NCBI GenBank assembly: GCA_045637565.1
Contig: JAZTZQ010000028.1
Location: 1-48,185 of the forward strand
Source of the DNA: Candidatus Nanosyncoccus sp.
GTDB lineage: Bacteria; Patescibacteriota; Saccharimonadia; Saccharimonadales; Saccharimonadaceae
Direction: 5' to 3'
Length of the DNA: 48,185 nucleotides
In this document: positions 18,508 through 27,807 of the stretch, one piece after another
Numbering within the stretch: the stretch's first letter is position 1
How the letters are laid out: every line of letters starts with the position of its first letter
Made by a program: the position numbers and the translations under genes
The notes under the pieces: generated by a model
The model's input: only the letters and a program-made list of their open reading frames with translations
Database searches by the model: none
Told to the model about the DNA's origin: nothing

Positions 18508-21459
18508 ATGAAATTTGCATCAAGCTATGAACCGAATCAATATGAAGCCGATATCTATGGCGCATGGGAAGCTGCCGGTATCTTTAACCCTACTATTCCT
18601 ACCATCCCCGTTGACGACAATAGCGACGGCATTGACGATCGTGAAGAAAAGGTGGAAGGCGTAGAATTGGAACTTCGAGGAGCATTCGCGACAACGGGAG
18701 CGAACGACGCAGCGAGCCCTGTAACGACAGGCGCGAGCAAGGAGGCGACGAGAAATTCTAATTCTACGCCTCAGATGTATTCCATCGTCATGCCGCCACC
18801 CAACGCCAACGGCAACCTCCATATCGGTCATGGCCTCACCATTGCCCTTGAAGATTCTCTTACACGTTACCATCGCCTAAGGGGCGACTCGACCTGGTAC
18901 ATTCCGGGCGCCGATCATGCAGGATTTGAAACTTGGGTAGTCTACGAGCGTAACCTCGAGGCAAGTGGCCATACTCGCTTCGAGTTCGATCGCAATGAAC
19001 TCTACGCTCGCGTTTGGGACTTCGTTGCCGAGCAGCGCGGCAATATGGAGCTCCAACTCCGTGCTCTCGGTGCATCTTGTGCATGGGAAGATCTCACCTT
19101 TACTCTCGACGAGAACGTCATCGATCGCGTCTATACCACCTTCGAGAAAATGTGGAACGACGGCATGATTTACCGTGGCGAGAAGCTCGTCAATTTCTGC
19201 CCCAAGCATCAAACCGCCTTCGCCGATATCGAGGTCGAATACAAAGACGACTCCGGCACCCTCTGGGATATCGCTTATGATGATATAGTCGTGTCAACTA
19301 CTCGGCCTGAAACTCTCTTTGGCGACGTGGCGGTCGCTGTGAATCCAGATGATAAACGCTATAAAGACCGTATTGGCAAAACTGTGCATTTGCCTCTGAC
19401 TGACCGCGAAATTCCCATCATCGCCGACGAACACGCCGACCCCGAATACGGTACCGGTGCTGTCAAGATCACCCCAGCTCATGACTTCGACGATTTCGAA
19501 GTAGGCGAGCGTCACAATCTCGAACGTATCCAAGTCATCGCCGAAAACGGCACTATGATTAACGTCCCAGAGAAATACTATGGCCTCACCACAGCTGAAT
19601 GCCGCAAACAGGTTCTCAAAGATTTAAAAGAAGCTGGTCTACTGAAAGGCGAGAAAAAAATCAATCACTCCGTCGGTCACTGCTATAAATGCGGCACCAT
19701 CCTCGAGCCAACCCTGAAGGAACAATGGTTTGTCGATGTCGAAAAACTCGCCAAAGTCGCTATCGAACACCTCGAGGCAGGCGAAATCAATTTCCATCCC
19801 GAGAGCAAGAAAAAAGTCCTCATCAATTACCTCAAAAACCTCAAAGATTGGAACATTTCTCGCCAAATCCCGTGGGGTATCGCCATCCCAATGTTTCGTC
19901 AGGTGGGTGTCGAAGAAACGTCAGAAAATGTTCATTCGAGACCTTCCGCGACTAACGAGGAGCGGAGGAGCGAAGTCTCGCCCGTAACGACGGGCCGAGA
20001 CGAGCGTGTCGAGAATGAATCATTTCTGACGTCTAATCGCCTAGCTACTGATGAGCCCGACTGGATCTTCGATCGTCGTACCAACCTCAAGGAAATCGAA
20101 AAAGCTGGCGTGAAATATGTCAGAGACGAAGATACCTTCGATACTTGGTTCTCCTCAAGTCACTGGCCCATCATCTGTACTGACTGGACCGAAGATAACT
20201 ACAACCCATATTATCCGCTAAACGTCATGGAAACCGGCGCCGACATCCTCTTCGCTTGGGTCGCCCGCATGATCATGATGGGGCTCTATGTTACCGGCGA
20301 AGTTCCTTTTAAGGACGTTTATCTCCACGGTCTTGTCCTCGACGCCCATGGCCAGAAAATGAGCAAGAGCAAAGGCAACGTCATCAATCCAATGAATCTC
20401 GTGACCAAATACGGTTCTGACGCTTTTCGCCTCGGTATCTTAAGAGGCCGCTCCGCTGGCATGAATCAAGCCTTCAGTGAAAACTCCGTCATCTCCGGCC
20501 GCAACCTCTGTAACAAACTCTGGAACATCTCCCGCCTAGTCCAGTCTATAGTCGATGAAGAAGGCGAATTTGGAAATGGTGTCCCCGAGACCGTCCGCGA
20601 CAACGGGAGCGGGATGAGCGAGGAGCCCCGTAACGACGGGCGCGACGAAGCGAGTCGAGGGGATACCATTTCGAATTCGCCTTATACCACGCTCAATATG
20701 GGCGAAGACTGGATCTGCCGCGAGCTCAACAATTGCCTAGAGCAAGTCGAAAGATGCATGAAAGAGTATCGCTTCTCCGAAGCCATCGAAGTATTGTATC
20801 AAACCATTTGGGACAAATACGCCGACTGGTTCCTCGAATCTCAAAAGATTTACAAGAACACTACTCTTTTGCAGCACACTCTCGAGACTATCCTTATTAT
20901 ACTTCACCCCTTTGCTCCCTTTGTCACTGAGACAATCTGGCAGAATCTATCATGGACTGAAGGCTTTATTGCCACATCTAAATGGCCCGCACGGCTTGAA
21001 TATGACCCCATTTCCGCGGAGAACTTCGAAAACATAAGAACTATCGTCTCCGAAGTCAGAAGCACCTTACAGGCCCTTCCAGGCACCAATAACAGCAAAA
21101 AATACACCCTACTATACGACAATGATAGCATTGTGGAGGAGAACCTCCTGCTCATCAAGGAACTCACCAAGGTCCCAGCCATCAGCAATCTCAACGGTTC
21201 CCCACGTGGCTTACGGCTGGCCCTCGCAAACCACGAGCTCTACCTCGACGTCCCCGAGCGAGTCGTCGCAGACTACAAGGATTCCCTTACTGAGAAAATC
21301 CTAGCCGTCGGCCGCGAACTCGACGCCCTCAACCTCAGAATGAGTAACCCCAACTACGTCGAGCGCGCCCCCGCCCACCTCGTCCTCGAGACCAAGCAAC
21401 AGATCGAAGAGAAAGAACAACTCATCTCCCGCCTCAAGACCCAACAGAGCCTTATCTAG
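18508..21459 (+). CDS. valS: Valine--tRNA ligase with three in-frame insertions
   Basis: PPPNANGNLHIGH, DHAG, TTRPET, GTGAVKITPAHD, DWNISRQ, DTWFSS, KMSKS, C-terminal coiled coil. Confidence 0.96.
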   Translation: MKFASSYEPNQYEADIYGAWEAAGIFNPTIPTIPVDDNSDGIDDREEKVEGVELELRGAFATTGANDAASPVTTGASKEATRNSNSTPQMYSIVMPPPNANGNLHIGHGLTIALEDSLTRYHRLRGDSTWYIPGADHAGFETWVVYERNLEASGHTRFEFDRNELYARVWDFVAEQRGNMELQLRALGASCAWEDLTFTLDENVIDRVYTTFEKMWNDGMIYRGEKLVNFCPKHQTAFADIEVEYKDDSGTLWDIAYDDIVVSTTRPETLFGDVAVAVNPDDKRYKDRIGKTVHLPLTDREIPIIADEHADPEYGTGAVKITPAHDFDDFEVGERHNLERIQVIAENGTMINVPEKYYGLTTAECRKQVLKDLKEAGLLKGEKKINHSVGHCYKCGTILEPTLKEQWFVDVEKLAKVAIEHLEAGEINFHPESKKKVLINYLKNLKDWNISRQIPWGIAIPMFRQVGVEETSENVHSRPSATNEERRSEVSPVTTGRDERVENESFLTSNRLATDEPDWIFDRRTNLKEIEKAGVKYVRDEDTFDTWFSSSHWPIICTDWTEDNYNPYYPLNVMETGADILFAWVARMIMMGLYVTGEVPFKDVYLHGLVLDAHGQKMSKSKGNVINPMNLVTKYGSDAFRLGILRGRSAGMNQAFSENSVISGRNLCNKLWNISRLVQSIVDEEGEFGNGVPETVRDNGSGMSEEPRNDGRDEASRGDTISNSPYTTLNMGEDWICRELNNCLEQVERCMKEYRFSEAIEVLYQTIWDKYADWFLESQKIYKNTTLLQHTLETILIILHPFAPFVTETIWQNLSWTEGFIATSKWPARLEYDPISAENFENIRTIVSEVRSTLQALPGTNNSKKYTLLYDNDSIVEENLLLIKELTKVPAISNLNGSPRGLRLALANHELYLDVPERVVADYKDSLTEKILAVGRELDALNLRMSNPNYVERAPAHLVLETKQQIEEKEQLISRLKTQQSLI
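18657..18771 (+). repeat. In-frame palindromic element, copy 2 (valS)
   Basis: Arms aggcgtagaattggaa / ttctaattctacgcct; core matches copy 1. Confidence 0.9.
19918..20032 (+). repeat. In-frame palindromic element, copy 3 (valS)
   Basis: Arms acgtcagaaaatgttcatt / aatgaatcatttctgacgt; hairpins tccgcGAct-aacg-agGAgcgga and cccgt-aacg-acggg. Confidence 0.88.
20561..20683 (+). repeat. In-frame palindromic element, copy 4 (valS)
   Basis: Arms aaggcgaatttggaaatggtgtcccc / ggggataccatttcgaattcgcctt; same two AACG hairpins. Confidence 0.88.
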
Positions 21460-21527
21460 TAATGTGATTCCATCTAACACAACAGCTAATGGTGTAACTC
21501 ACCCTGCAAGTATGCTACAATAAAACC

Positions 21528-22447
21528 ATGAATTTAGAATCCGTCGAAGTAGCCCGTAAAGCCTATGCCAAGAGAATAATCTGGCAGTGGTCGGTATTTA
21601 TCATCGTTATTCTAGTATTTGCGGTTATTATCTACATAAGCGGTCAAACTAACTCTTCCCCAATACCATATGTCATGGGCTTTGTCGTTGCTTTCGCTTT
21701 TATAGTTGTCACGACATTCACTAATCAAGCTATCCAACACAATTATCGTCGTGCTTACAAGGCTTACTTTGTCGAGCAAAACCTGAAGAAAACCTTCACT
21801 GATCTTAGTTATAATCATGAAGCGGGCATGGATAGTGCCGTATTAAATCTCACCGGCATGGTCAATACCGGTAATCGTTATAGTTCTAATGATTTTACCT
21901 CTGGAAAATACAAAAACGTCGACTTCTCTCAAGCCGATGTTCATATCGAAATTGAATCTACAGATTCTGACGGCAATCGAAGCTACACTACCATCTTTAA
22001 AGGACGATTCTTGATTTTTGAGTTTCCCAAACCTTTCAATTTTAAACTTGAGCTTGCAAGGTAAACGTTTTCGCGCTTATCGGAAACCCGGCAAAAACAT
22101 TAAAACCGGCCAAAAAGCCGAGAAAATCACCACTGAATCCGCCGAGTTCAACAAGATGTTTCGCATTTATGGACAAGATGGCTTCGAAGCCTATTACATT
22201 TTAGATCCTGCTTTTATGGTTAAGCTTATGGACATTGCCACGAAACACAAAAAAAGAGTTCTTTTTTGCGTTCTATGAGAAAAAACTCATCGTCGGTCTA
22301 GACGACGGCAAAGATGCCTTCGAACCCCCATTGCCCTTTAGGCCAATCAATGAACAAAAAGAATCTGCAAAGATTGCAAATGACATCAATACCATCACCG
22401 ATTTTGTAGATCAGCTTTCATTGGCCGACAAACTCTTTACTAAATAG
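21528..22447 (+). pseudogene. DUF3137-like membrane protein split by two +1 frameshifts (or sequencing errors)
   Basis: Three overlapping ORFs join into one protein if one base is removed at ~22058 (gcaagg) and one in the T6 run at 22262-22267; motifs TTIFKGRF, ESAEFNKMF, EAYYILDPAFM. Confidence 0.7.
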
Positions 22448-22454
22448 ATTAGAC

Positions 22455-22670
22455 TCATCTCTTTTTCTTATTAAATCTATCCAGATTAAACATCGGCGTT
22501 CCCTTTTCTTCATCTATTATTTCACGCGCTTTACGCACTAGTCGGGCAATTCCCTTCTCAGTCGAAGCTGAACCGACATGAATAGTTTTTACTACTTGAT
22601 TCCCTTCTTTGTGACAAACCTGTACGCCAGTTGCCCCAGATGTCGTCCTGAACTTCCGAATATAAGCCAT
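22455..22670 (-). mobile_element. IS1634-family transposase N-terminal fragment (71 aa)
   Basis: MAYIRKFRTTSGATGVQV...IHVGSA resembles IS1634 transposase N-termini; no DDE domain follows; promoter tggtacaat upstream. Confidence 0.65.
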
Positions 22671-22757
22671 GTCCTCATTGTACCACATGACACTTCACCT
22701 TCTCACCCCATTTTTGCCTCAAGTGAAAAACCATCAAGACAAGCAAAACAAAAGCAG

Positions 22758-22799
22758 TTTTGCACAGAAAAAAGCGATTATTCACAAGTATTATCCACA
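22758..22799 (+). promoter_or_regulatory. Three co-oriented DnaA-box matches
   Basis: ttttgcaca 22758, ttattcaca 22778 and ttatccaca 22791 all fit TTWTNCACA. Confidence 0.5.
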
Positions 22800-23215
22800 A
22801 TAAGCGCAAGCGAAACGCAGTACCACTCTCCGTTATCCTAGCAAACGTCATGCTTAGCAACCGCACTTGACAACAAAACACGCTTGCGCTAAAATCAAAA
22901 CAACAACTGATGGTCAAACCGCCAGTTGGGAGAATTAGCAACCGAGATTTGAACATATAGGTAGGACGGAACGCAATACTCGCAAAATCCTCCGGACCCA
23001 ATGGGATATTCCCAAAGGGAATCACGCTAATCTCGTTATAAAAGCCGTCTAGAAAATCAGCCGGTAAATTTTGCATAAGCATATAATAAAATACCATAAG
23101 CAGTCAATAAATTTCACATGCCAGACAAAACAGATAGCCATCAGATTGGCAACGATACCAGAATATGTCCAAAACTAAAGCATTTTCTAATAAAAAAAGT
23201 GTTATAATAATAGCA

Positions 23216-24145
23216 ATGAAAGTACCAATTACACAATCGGACGCCTGGCTTAAGCTTCAGGAAGATCTCGGTGAAACCAGTTTTCTAGAATCAAATACGG
23301 ATTTCCATTATTTGGCAATTCTCAAACACACTCCAGCGGGGAACTATCTCTATTGTCCATATGGCCCTTGCTTTGATAGTCAAAATGGTTTCAACAACGC
23401 ACTTACTTCGTTAAAAAATCTTGGCAAGAAACACCAAGCCATCTTTATTCGGATAGAGCCGCAAGACAAGACCATCATTAAGGCCCAAAACTTCAAAAAA
23501 ACTACCGACCTTAACCCTAAGGAGACCTGGCTCCTATCATTAGAGGGTACCGACAGTGAACTAAGGTCTAGATTACCATCACGCCTGCTTCGCTACTACA
23601 AATCAGCCTCGGGTAAAGGAATCACGCTTAGCTCATCGCATAACGCCGACGACATTAAGCATCTAATCGTTCTTCAGTCTGCACTTGCCAAAGAAAAGGG
23701 AATCAATACTTTTTCGGAACACTACCTCAGAACAGAACTAAAGCAGCCGTTCTCAACCCTATATTTAGTCAAATACACCAATCCCGAAACGAGCCAAAAC
23801 GAAATAATTGCCGCCGGTCTTGTTTTTGACGACGACACGACGAGATATAATCTTCAAGGTGCTCAATCCGAACAGGGAAGGAAACTCCATGCCACCGGCA
23901 TCCTGACTATTCAGCTCATTTTAGATGCTAAAGCCAAAAATCTCAAAACCTTTGATTTCTGGGGAATAGCTCCGGAGGGCGCCCCGGCCAATCATCCTTG
24001 GGCTGGGTTTACGAATTTCAAGAAGACCTTCCAGGGCTACGAACAAGATTACGCCGGCACGTATGACATAATCCTAAAGCCAGCCAAGTATAGGTTATAT
24101 CAGTCTACACGGAGAATCAATCGTATCATAAGGAGAGTAAAATGA
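23216..24145 (+). CDS. FemABX-family peptidoglycan bridge transferase
   Basis: QS..W, YCPYGP, FIRIEP, FDFWGI, GFTNFKKTF; start placed after tgttataat. Confidence 0.85.
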   Translation: MKVPITQSDAWLKLQEDLGETSFLESNTDFHYLAILKHTPAGNYLYCPYGPCFDSQNGFNNALTSLKNLGKKHQAIFIRIEPQDKTIIKAQNFKKTTDLNPKETWLLSLEGTDSELRSRLPSRLLRYYKSASGKGITLSSSHNADDIKHLIVLQSALAKEKGINTFSEHYLRTELKQPFSTLYLVKYTNPETSQNEIIAAGLVFDDDTTRYNLQGAQSEQGRKLHATGILTIQLILDAKAKNLKTFDFWGIAPEGAPANHPWAGFTNFKKTFQGYEQDYAGTYDIILKPAKYRLYQSTRRINRIIRRVK

Positions 24146-25206
24146 ACTTCGTTACCCTAACACCAGAACAATTTCGTACATTCGCCTACCAAAGCCCCTA
24201 CAGGACCTTCACCCAAACCCCTGAAATTGCTGAGTATCGCGAAAAAAACGGCTGGACGCCATATTACTTAGGGGTCGAAAACAATGGTCGATTCGAAGCA
24301 GCCACTATGCTTGTTGCAAAACCAACCTTCCTGGGCAAATCAACCTTTTTTGCTCCAGGCGGACCACTTTTGGATTTAGAAAACGAAACACTTACCAGGT
24401 TCTTTTTTAAGCATCTCAAATCCTACATCAAATCTCATAACGGCTACAAACTCATTATCGACCCCAATTACCAACTCGTAGAACGTAACCGTGATGGCGA
24501 GACAACAGAGAACGGCTTCAGCCATCATCGAGCTCTTCGCAATCTCCAGGCAATCGGTTTTACGAAAACCCCCACTGACTCCACCCCTCGCTATCAATTC
24601 ATTCTTAAGTTGAACAATCGTACTGTCGACCAGATCCTCACCGAAATGAAGCGAAATACTCGCAATCACATTCGTAAAGCCGAAAAAGCGGGAGTATCTA
24701 TCCGCGAACTAAAAAGGGAAGAACTCAAGATTTTTAAACAAATTACCGAATCAACCTCTCAACGTCGTCATTTTAACGATAAGCCATTGAAATATTATGA
24801 ACAAATGTACGATCTTTTGCACCCCCGTGGTGAAGTCAAATTTCTCCTCGCAAGCGCAAACGACACCCCACTATCCGCGGCGATGTTTATTCTTTATAAC
24901 GATGAGGTGGTCTATCTCTTTTCAGGAAGCGACGAAAAGTATATGAAGGAGTATAATGCTCAATACTTAATCCAGTGGCATATGATTAAATATGCCATCG
25001 AACACGGTTTTGCTACCTATAATTTTTACGGCATTAACGGACTACCAGATAAAACCAGCCATGACTATGGTATTTATGATTTCAAAAAAGGCTTTACCTC
25101 TACAGACACTGGTCAAGTCATTGAGCTAATCGGCGATTACGAACTTGCTATCAATCAACCATTCTATCAGTTACATAAGTTTTTATCCAAATTCAAGCAA
25201 TCATAA
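24142..25206 (+). CDS. FemABX-family peptidoglycan bridge transferase
   Basis: FTQT, PGGPLLD, IDP, YLFSGS, YNFYGI, GIYDFKKGF. Confidence 0.9.
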   Translation: MNFVTLTPEQFRTFAYQSPYRTFTQTPEIAEYREKNGWTPYYLGVENNGRFEAATMLVAKPTFLGKSTFFAPGGPLLDLENETLTRFFFKHLKSYIKSHNGYKLIIDPNYQLVERNRDGETTENGFSHHRALRNLQAIGFTKTPTDSTPRYQFILKLNNRTVDQILTEMKRNTRNHIRKAEKAGVSIRELKREELKIFKQITESTSQRRHFNDKPLKYYEQMYDLLHPRGEVKFLLASANDTPLSAAMFILYNDEVVYLFSGSDEKYMKEYNAQYLIQWHMIKYAIEHGFATYNFYGINGLPDKTSHDYGIYDFKKGFTSTDTGQVIELIGDYELAINQPFYQLHKFLSKFKQS

Positions 25207-25270
25207 TAGGAATAGACGCATTGCTCATTCCATCATACTATAACCACTCCACCTGGTGTATAATATGACT

Positions 25271-27760
25271 ATGGATTTACAAGGTCTTTCATCTAAACAA
25301 GTTCATGCCAAAATCGCAGAGGGCAAAGTCAATCATACTTCGAAAAAAACCACCAATTCAATTACTAAGATTATCCTCAAGAATTCTCTTACTATCTTTA
25401 ATCTAGTTAATCTCATCCTGGCCATCATGATTATTCTTGTAGGCTCCTACAAAAACCTCCTTTTTATCCTAATTGCCATAGCAAACACTCTTATCAGCAT
25501 CATCAACGAAATCCGCGCCAAGCGCACCGTCGACAAAATGCGCCTCACCTCTGAGCAAAAACCCACTGTGGTTCGCGATGGTAAAACGATTCAAATCAAT
25601 CAGACAGACATCGTCGAAGGTGACTTGCTTATCTTTTCACTGGGCGATCAAATCCTTGTCGATTGCTGCCTCGAAGAAGGAACCATAGAAGTCAACGAGG
25701 CCTTTATTACTGGTGAACAAGACAACATCACCAAACAAAAGGGCGATAAGCTTATCTCCGGCTCCTTCGTTGTTGCCGGCACCTGCAAGGCGACTGCTAC
25801 AGCGGTTGGTGCCAAATCGGAGCTAAGTAAAATCGAGCAAACCGCTCACAAGGTTAAAACCGCCGACTCTAAGTTATTTAAACTCATGAACAACATAGTG
25901 AAATATATCAGTTTTGCCCTCATTCCCATTGGTGCCCTACTCCTTTGGTCACGCTTCCGTGTCGCGGATACCACCACGGAGGTTGCCGTCACTAGTACAG
26001 TAGCCGCACTCATCAACATGATTCCAGAAGGTCTTGTCCTGCTCACCTCATCCGTGCTTGCTCTTGCCACTATCCGTCTGAGTCGCAGAAAAGTCCTTGT
26101 CCAAGACCTCTACTCCGTCGAAACTCTGGCCCGAGTTGACACTATAGCTCTCGACAAAACCGGCACCCTCACCACCGGCAAAATGACTGTCCACGACTAT
26201 ACGGCTACCGCAAAATCCTTCGAAACAGCCCTAGCATCGATTTTAAGCCATCAAACCACCGAAAATGCTACCATAAACGCTTTGAAGAAAAAGTTCGTAA
26301 AAAGGGCCAATACGCGCGAAATAGAAGGTATTATTAATGTGATTAATTTTTCATCAGAACGCAAATGTTCCGGCATCCGCACAAAAGATGCCACCTATCT
26401 CCTTGGCGCCATTGACTTCATTACCGACGACCAATCCCTCATCGACAAAGTCAAATCCGCCTCCGCCGGCTACCGCACCCTAGCGGTGATAAAGCATGAA
26501 ATCATAGTTGAGGAGGCCAAAAATGGCTTATCGAAGGGGGTTCGGAGCGCGGCAGCGCGAGAGGTAGCGCCAGCCGCCCGTGGCAGACGACCCGAGGAGG
26601 CGAGAGAAGAACGAACTGGTTCGTTCTTCCCAGACGACGATGGGTCGGCGAGTTCAGTCGAGGGGCCCGCTGGACGCGCCCCGAGAGAAGCCATTTTGGC
26701 ATCCTCAGATATACTTTTAGGTTTTATCCGGCTCGAAGACGAAATCCGCCCCGATGCGAAGCAAATTATCAACTATTTCTACGATAACGACATCGCTGTC
26801 AAAATCATTTCCGGCGACGACCTCGAAGCTGTCACTGCAATCGCAAATCGCGTCGACATCAAAGAGCCAAAAGGCACCAATCTCTCAGACTACAAAAACC
26901 CGAACTACGATAAGTTAGTCAAAGAATACAACATTTTCACACGCGTTACTCCCACCCAGAAAAAGGAACTCATTAAGGCTCTAAGAAAACAGGGAAGTAC
27001 TGTTGCCATGACCGGAGATGGTGTCAACGATATCCTGGCCATGAAAGAGGCGGATGTTAGTTTAGCCATCGGTGATGGCGCTGACGCCGCTCGCCGTTCC
27101 GCCAAGCTTGTCCTTCTAAACTCCGGCTACGAGGCTGTACCTTCCATTATCGATGAAGGTCGCCAGTCCATCAATAATCTCGAACGCTCCACCTCGCTTT
27201 TCCTAGCCAAAACCGTCTATGCCTCCATTTTGGCGGTAGTCTTCGTCGTTCTCCCCCTTAGTTATCCCTTTAGTCCCATCGAAATGTCACTCCTAAATTT
27301 CGCCTGCATCGGCCTCCCCGGGCTCATCCTGGCCTTGGAGCCCAACACTGCTCGCATCAAAAATCAATTCACCAAAAACATCATTCGCTATTCCGTCCCC
27401 GCGGGCCTCACCGTTTCTGTTGCCATGATTGCCCTCGCCGTCGTGGCGAGCCTCAATCATTTCGCTCGCCCCGAACTCCTTACCGCCAGTCTCTTCATTA
27501 CCTTCGCAATCGACCTTGCCATGCTCTATCAAATCAGCAAACCGCTCAACCTTCTCCGCACCATCCTCCTTACGGTAATCATCTCTATCGTAATCGGCGC
27601 CTTCTGTATTCCCTACACCAGGAACCTCCTCGACCTCGGATTTCTCTCACTTAATTCTCTCATTGTTACTATCTCTCTCGCGTCCCTCGGCCTACTGCTA
27701 TTCACTCTTCTTCGTCTTCTTACCACTAAATACCTCCACTCCCGCACTCAAAGCCATTAA
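25271..27760 (+). CDS. Cation-transporting P-type ATPase with in-frame ~65-aa insertion
   Basis: ITGE, IPEGL, DKTGTLT, ISGDD, MTGDGVND; start could be 25265. Confidence 0.92.
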   Translation: MDLQGLSSKQVHAKIAEGKVNHTSKKTTNSITKIILKNSLTIFNLVNLILAIMIILVGSYKNLLFILIAIANTLISIINEIRAKRTVDKMRLTSEQKPTVVRDGKTIQINQTDIVEGDLLIFSLGDQILVDCCLEEGTIEVNEAFITGEQDNITKQKGDKLISGSFVVAGTCKATATAVGAKSELSKIEQTAHKVKTADSKLFKLMNNIVKYISFALIPIGALLLWSRFRVADTTTEVAVTSTVAALINMIPEGLVLLTSSVLALATIRLSRRKVLVQDLYSVETLARVDTIALDKTGTLTTGKMTVHDYTATAKSFETALASILSHQTTENATINALKKKFVKRANTREIEGIINVINFSSERKCSGIRTKDATYLLGAIDFITDDQSLIDKVKSASAGYRTLAVIKHEIIVEEAKNGLSKGVRSAAAREVAPAARGRRPEEAREERTGSFFPDDDGSASSVEGPAGRAPREAILASSDILLGFIRLEDEIRPDAKQIINYFYDNDIAVKIISGDDLEAVTAIANRVDIKEPKGTNLSDYKNPNYDKLVKEYNIFTRVTPTQKKELIKALRKQGSTVAMTGDGVNDILAMKEADVSLAIGDGADAARRSAKLVLLNSGYEAVPSIIDEGRQSINNLERSTSLFLAKTVYASILAVVFVVLPLSYPFSPIEMSLLNFACIGLPGLILALEPNTARIKNQFTKNIIRYSVPAGLTVSVAMIALAVVASLNHFARPELLTASLFITFAIDLAMLYQISKPLNLLRTILLTVIISIVIGAFCIPYTRNLLDLGFLSLNSLIVTISLASLGLLLFTLLRLLTTKYLHSRTQSH
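26509..26707 (+). repeat. Large in-frame multi-hairpin element in the ATPase
   Basis: Arms tgaggaggccaaaaatggctt / aagccattttggcatcctca; internal gaagaacgaac-tg-gttcgttcttc, cgaccc/gggtcg, gcggc/gccgc; G-rich against a C-rich gene. Confidence 0.85.
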
Positions 27761-27781
27761 AAAGCCACCCCGAAGGGTGGC
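27759..27781 (-). terminator. Intrinsic terminator between convergent genes
   Basis: aaaaa-gccaccc-cgaa-gggtggc. Confidence 0.75.
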
Positions 27782-27807
27782 AATTATTAATGCAAAAACT
27801 ACAGGAT

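Noticed and set aside
18657-20683. valS inserts as inteins or group I/II introns
   Set aside because: Far too short, no C/S...HN intein termini, read in different frames, and no intron core motifs.
22675-23097. 140-aa minus-strand ORF
   Set aside because: No recognisable motif, and it overlaps the DnaA-box matches and IS upstream region; cannot be supported, though a short real gene is not excluded.
1017-26707. Hairpin elements as CRISPR repeats or integron attC sites
   Set aside because: Dispersed rather than arrayed, no spacers, no cas or intI gene, no RYYYAAC/GTTRRRY ends, and located inside core genes.
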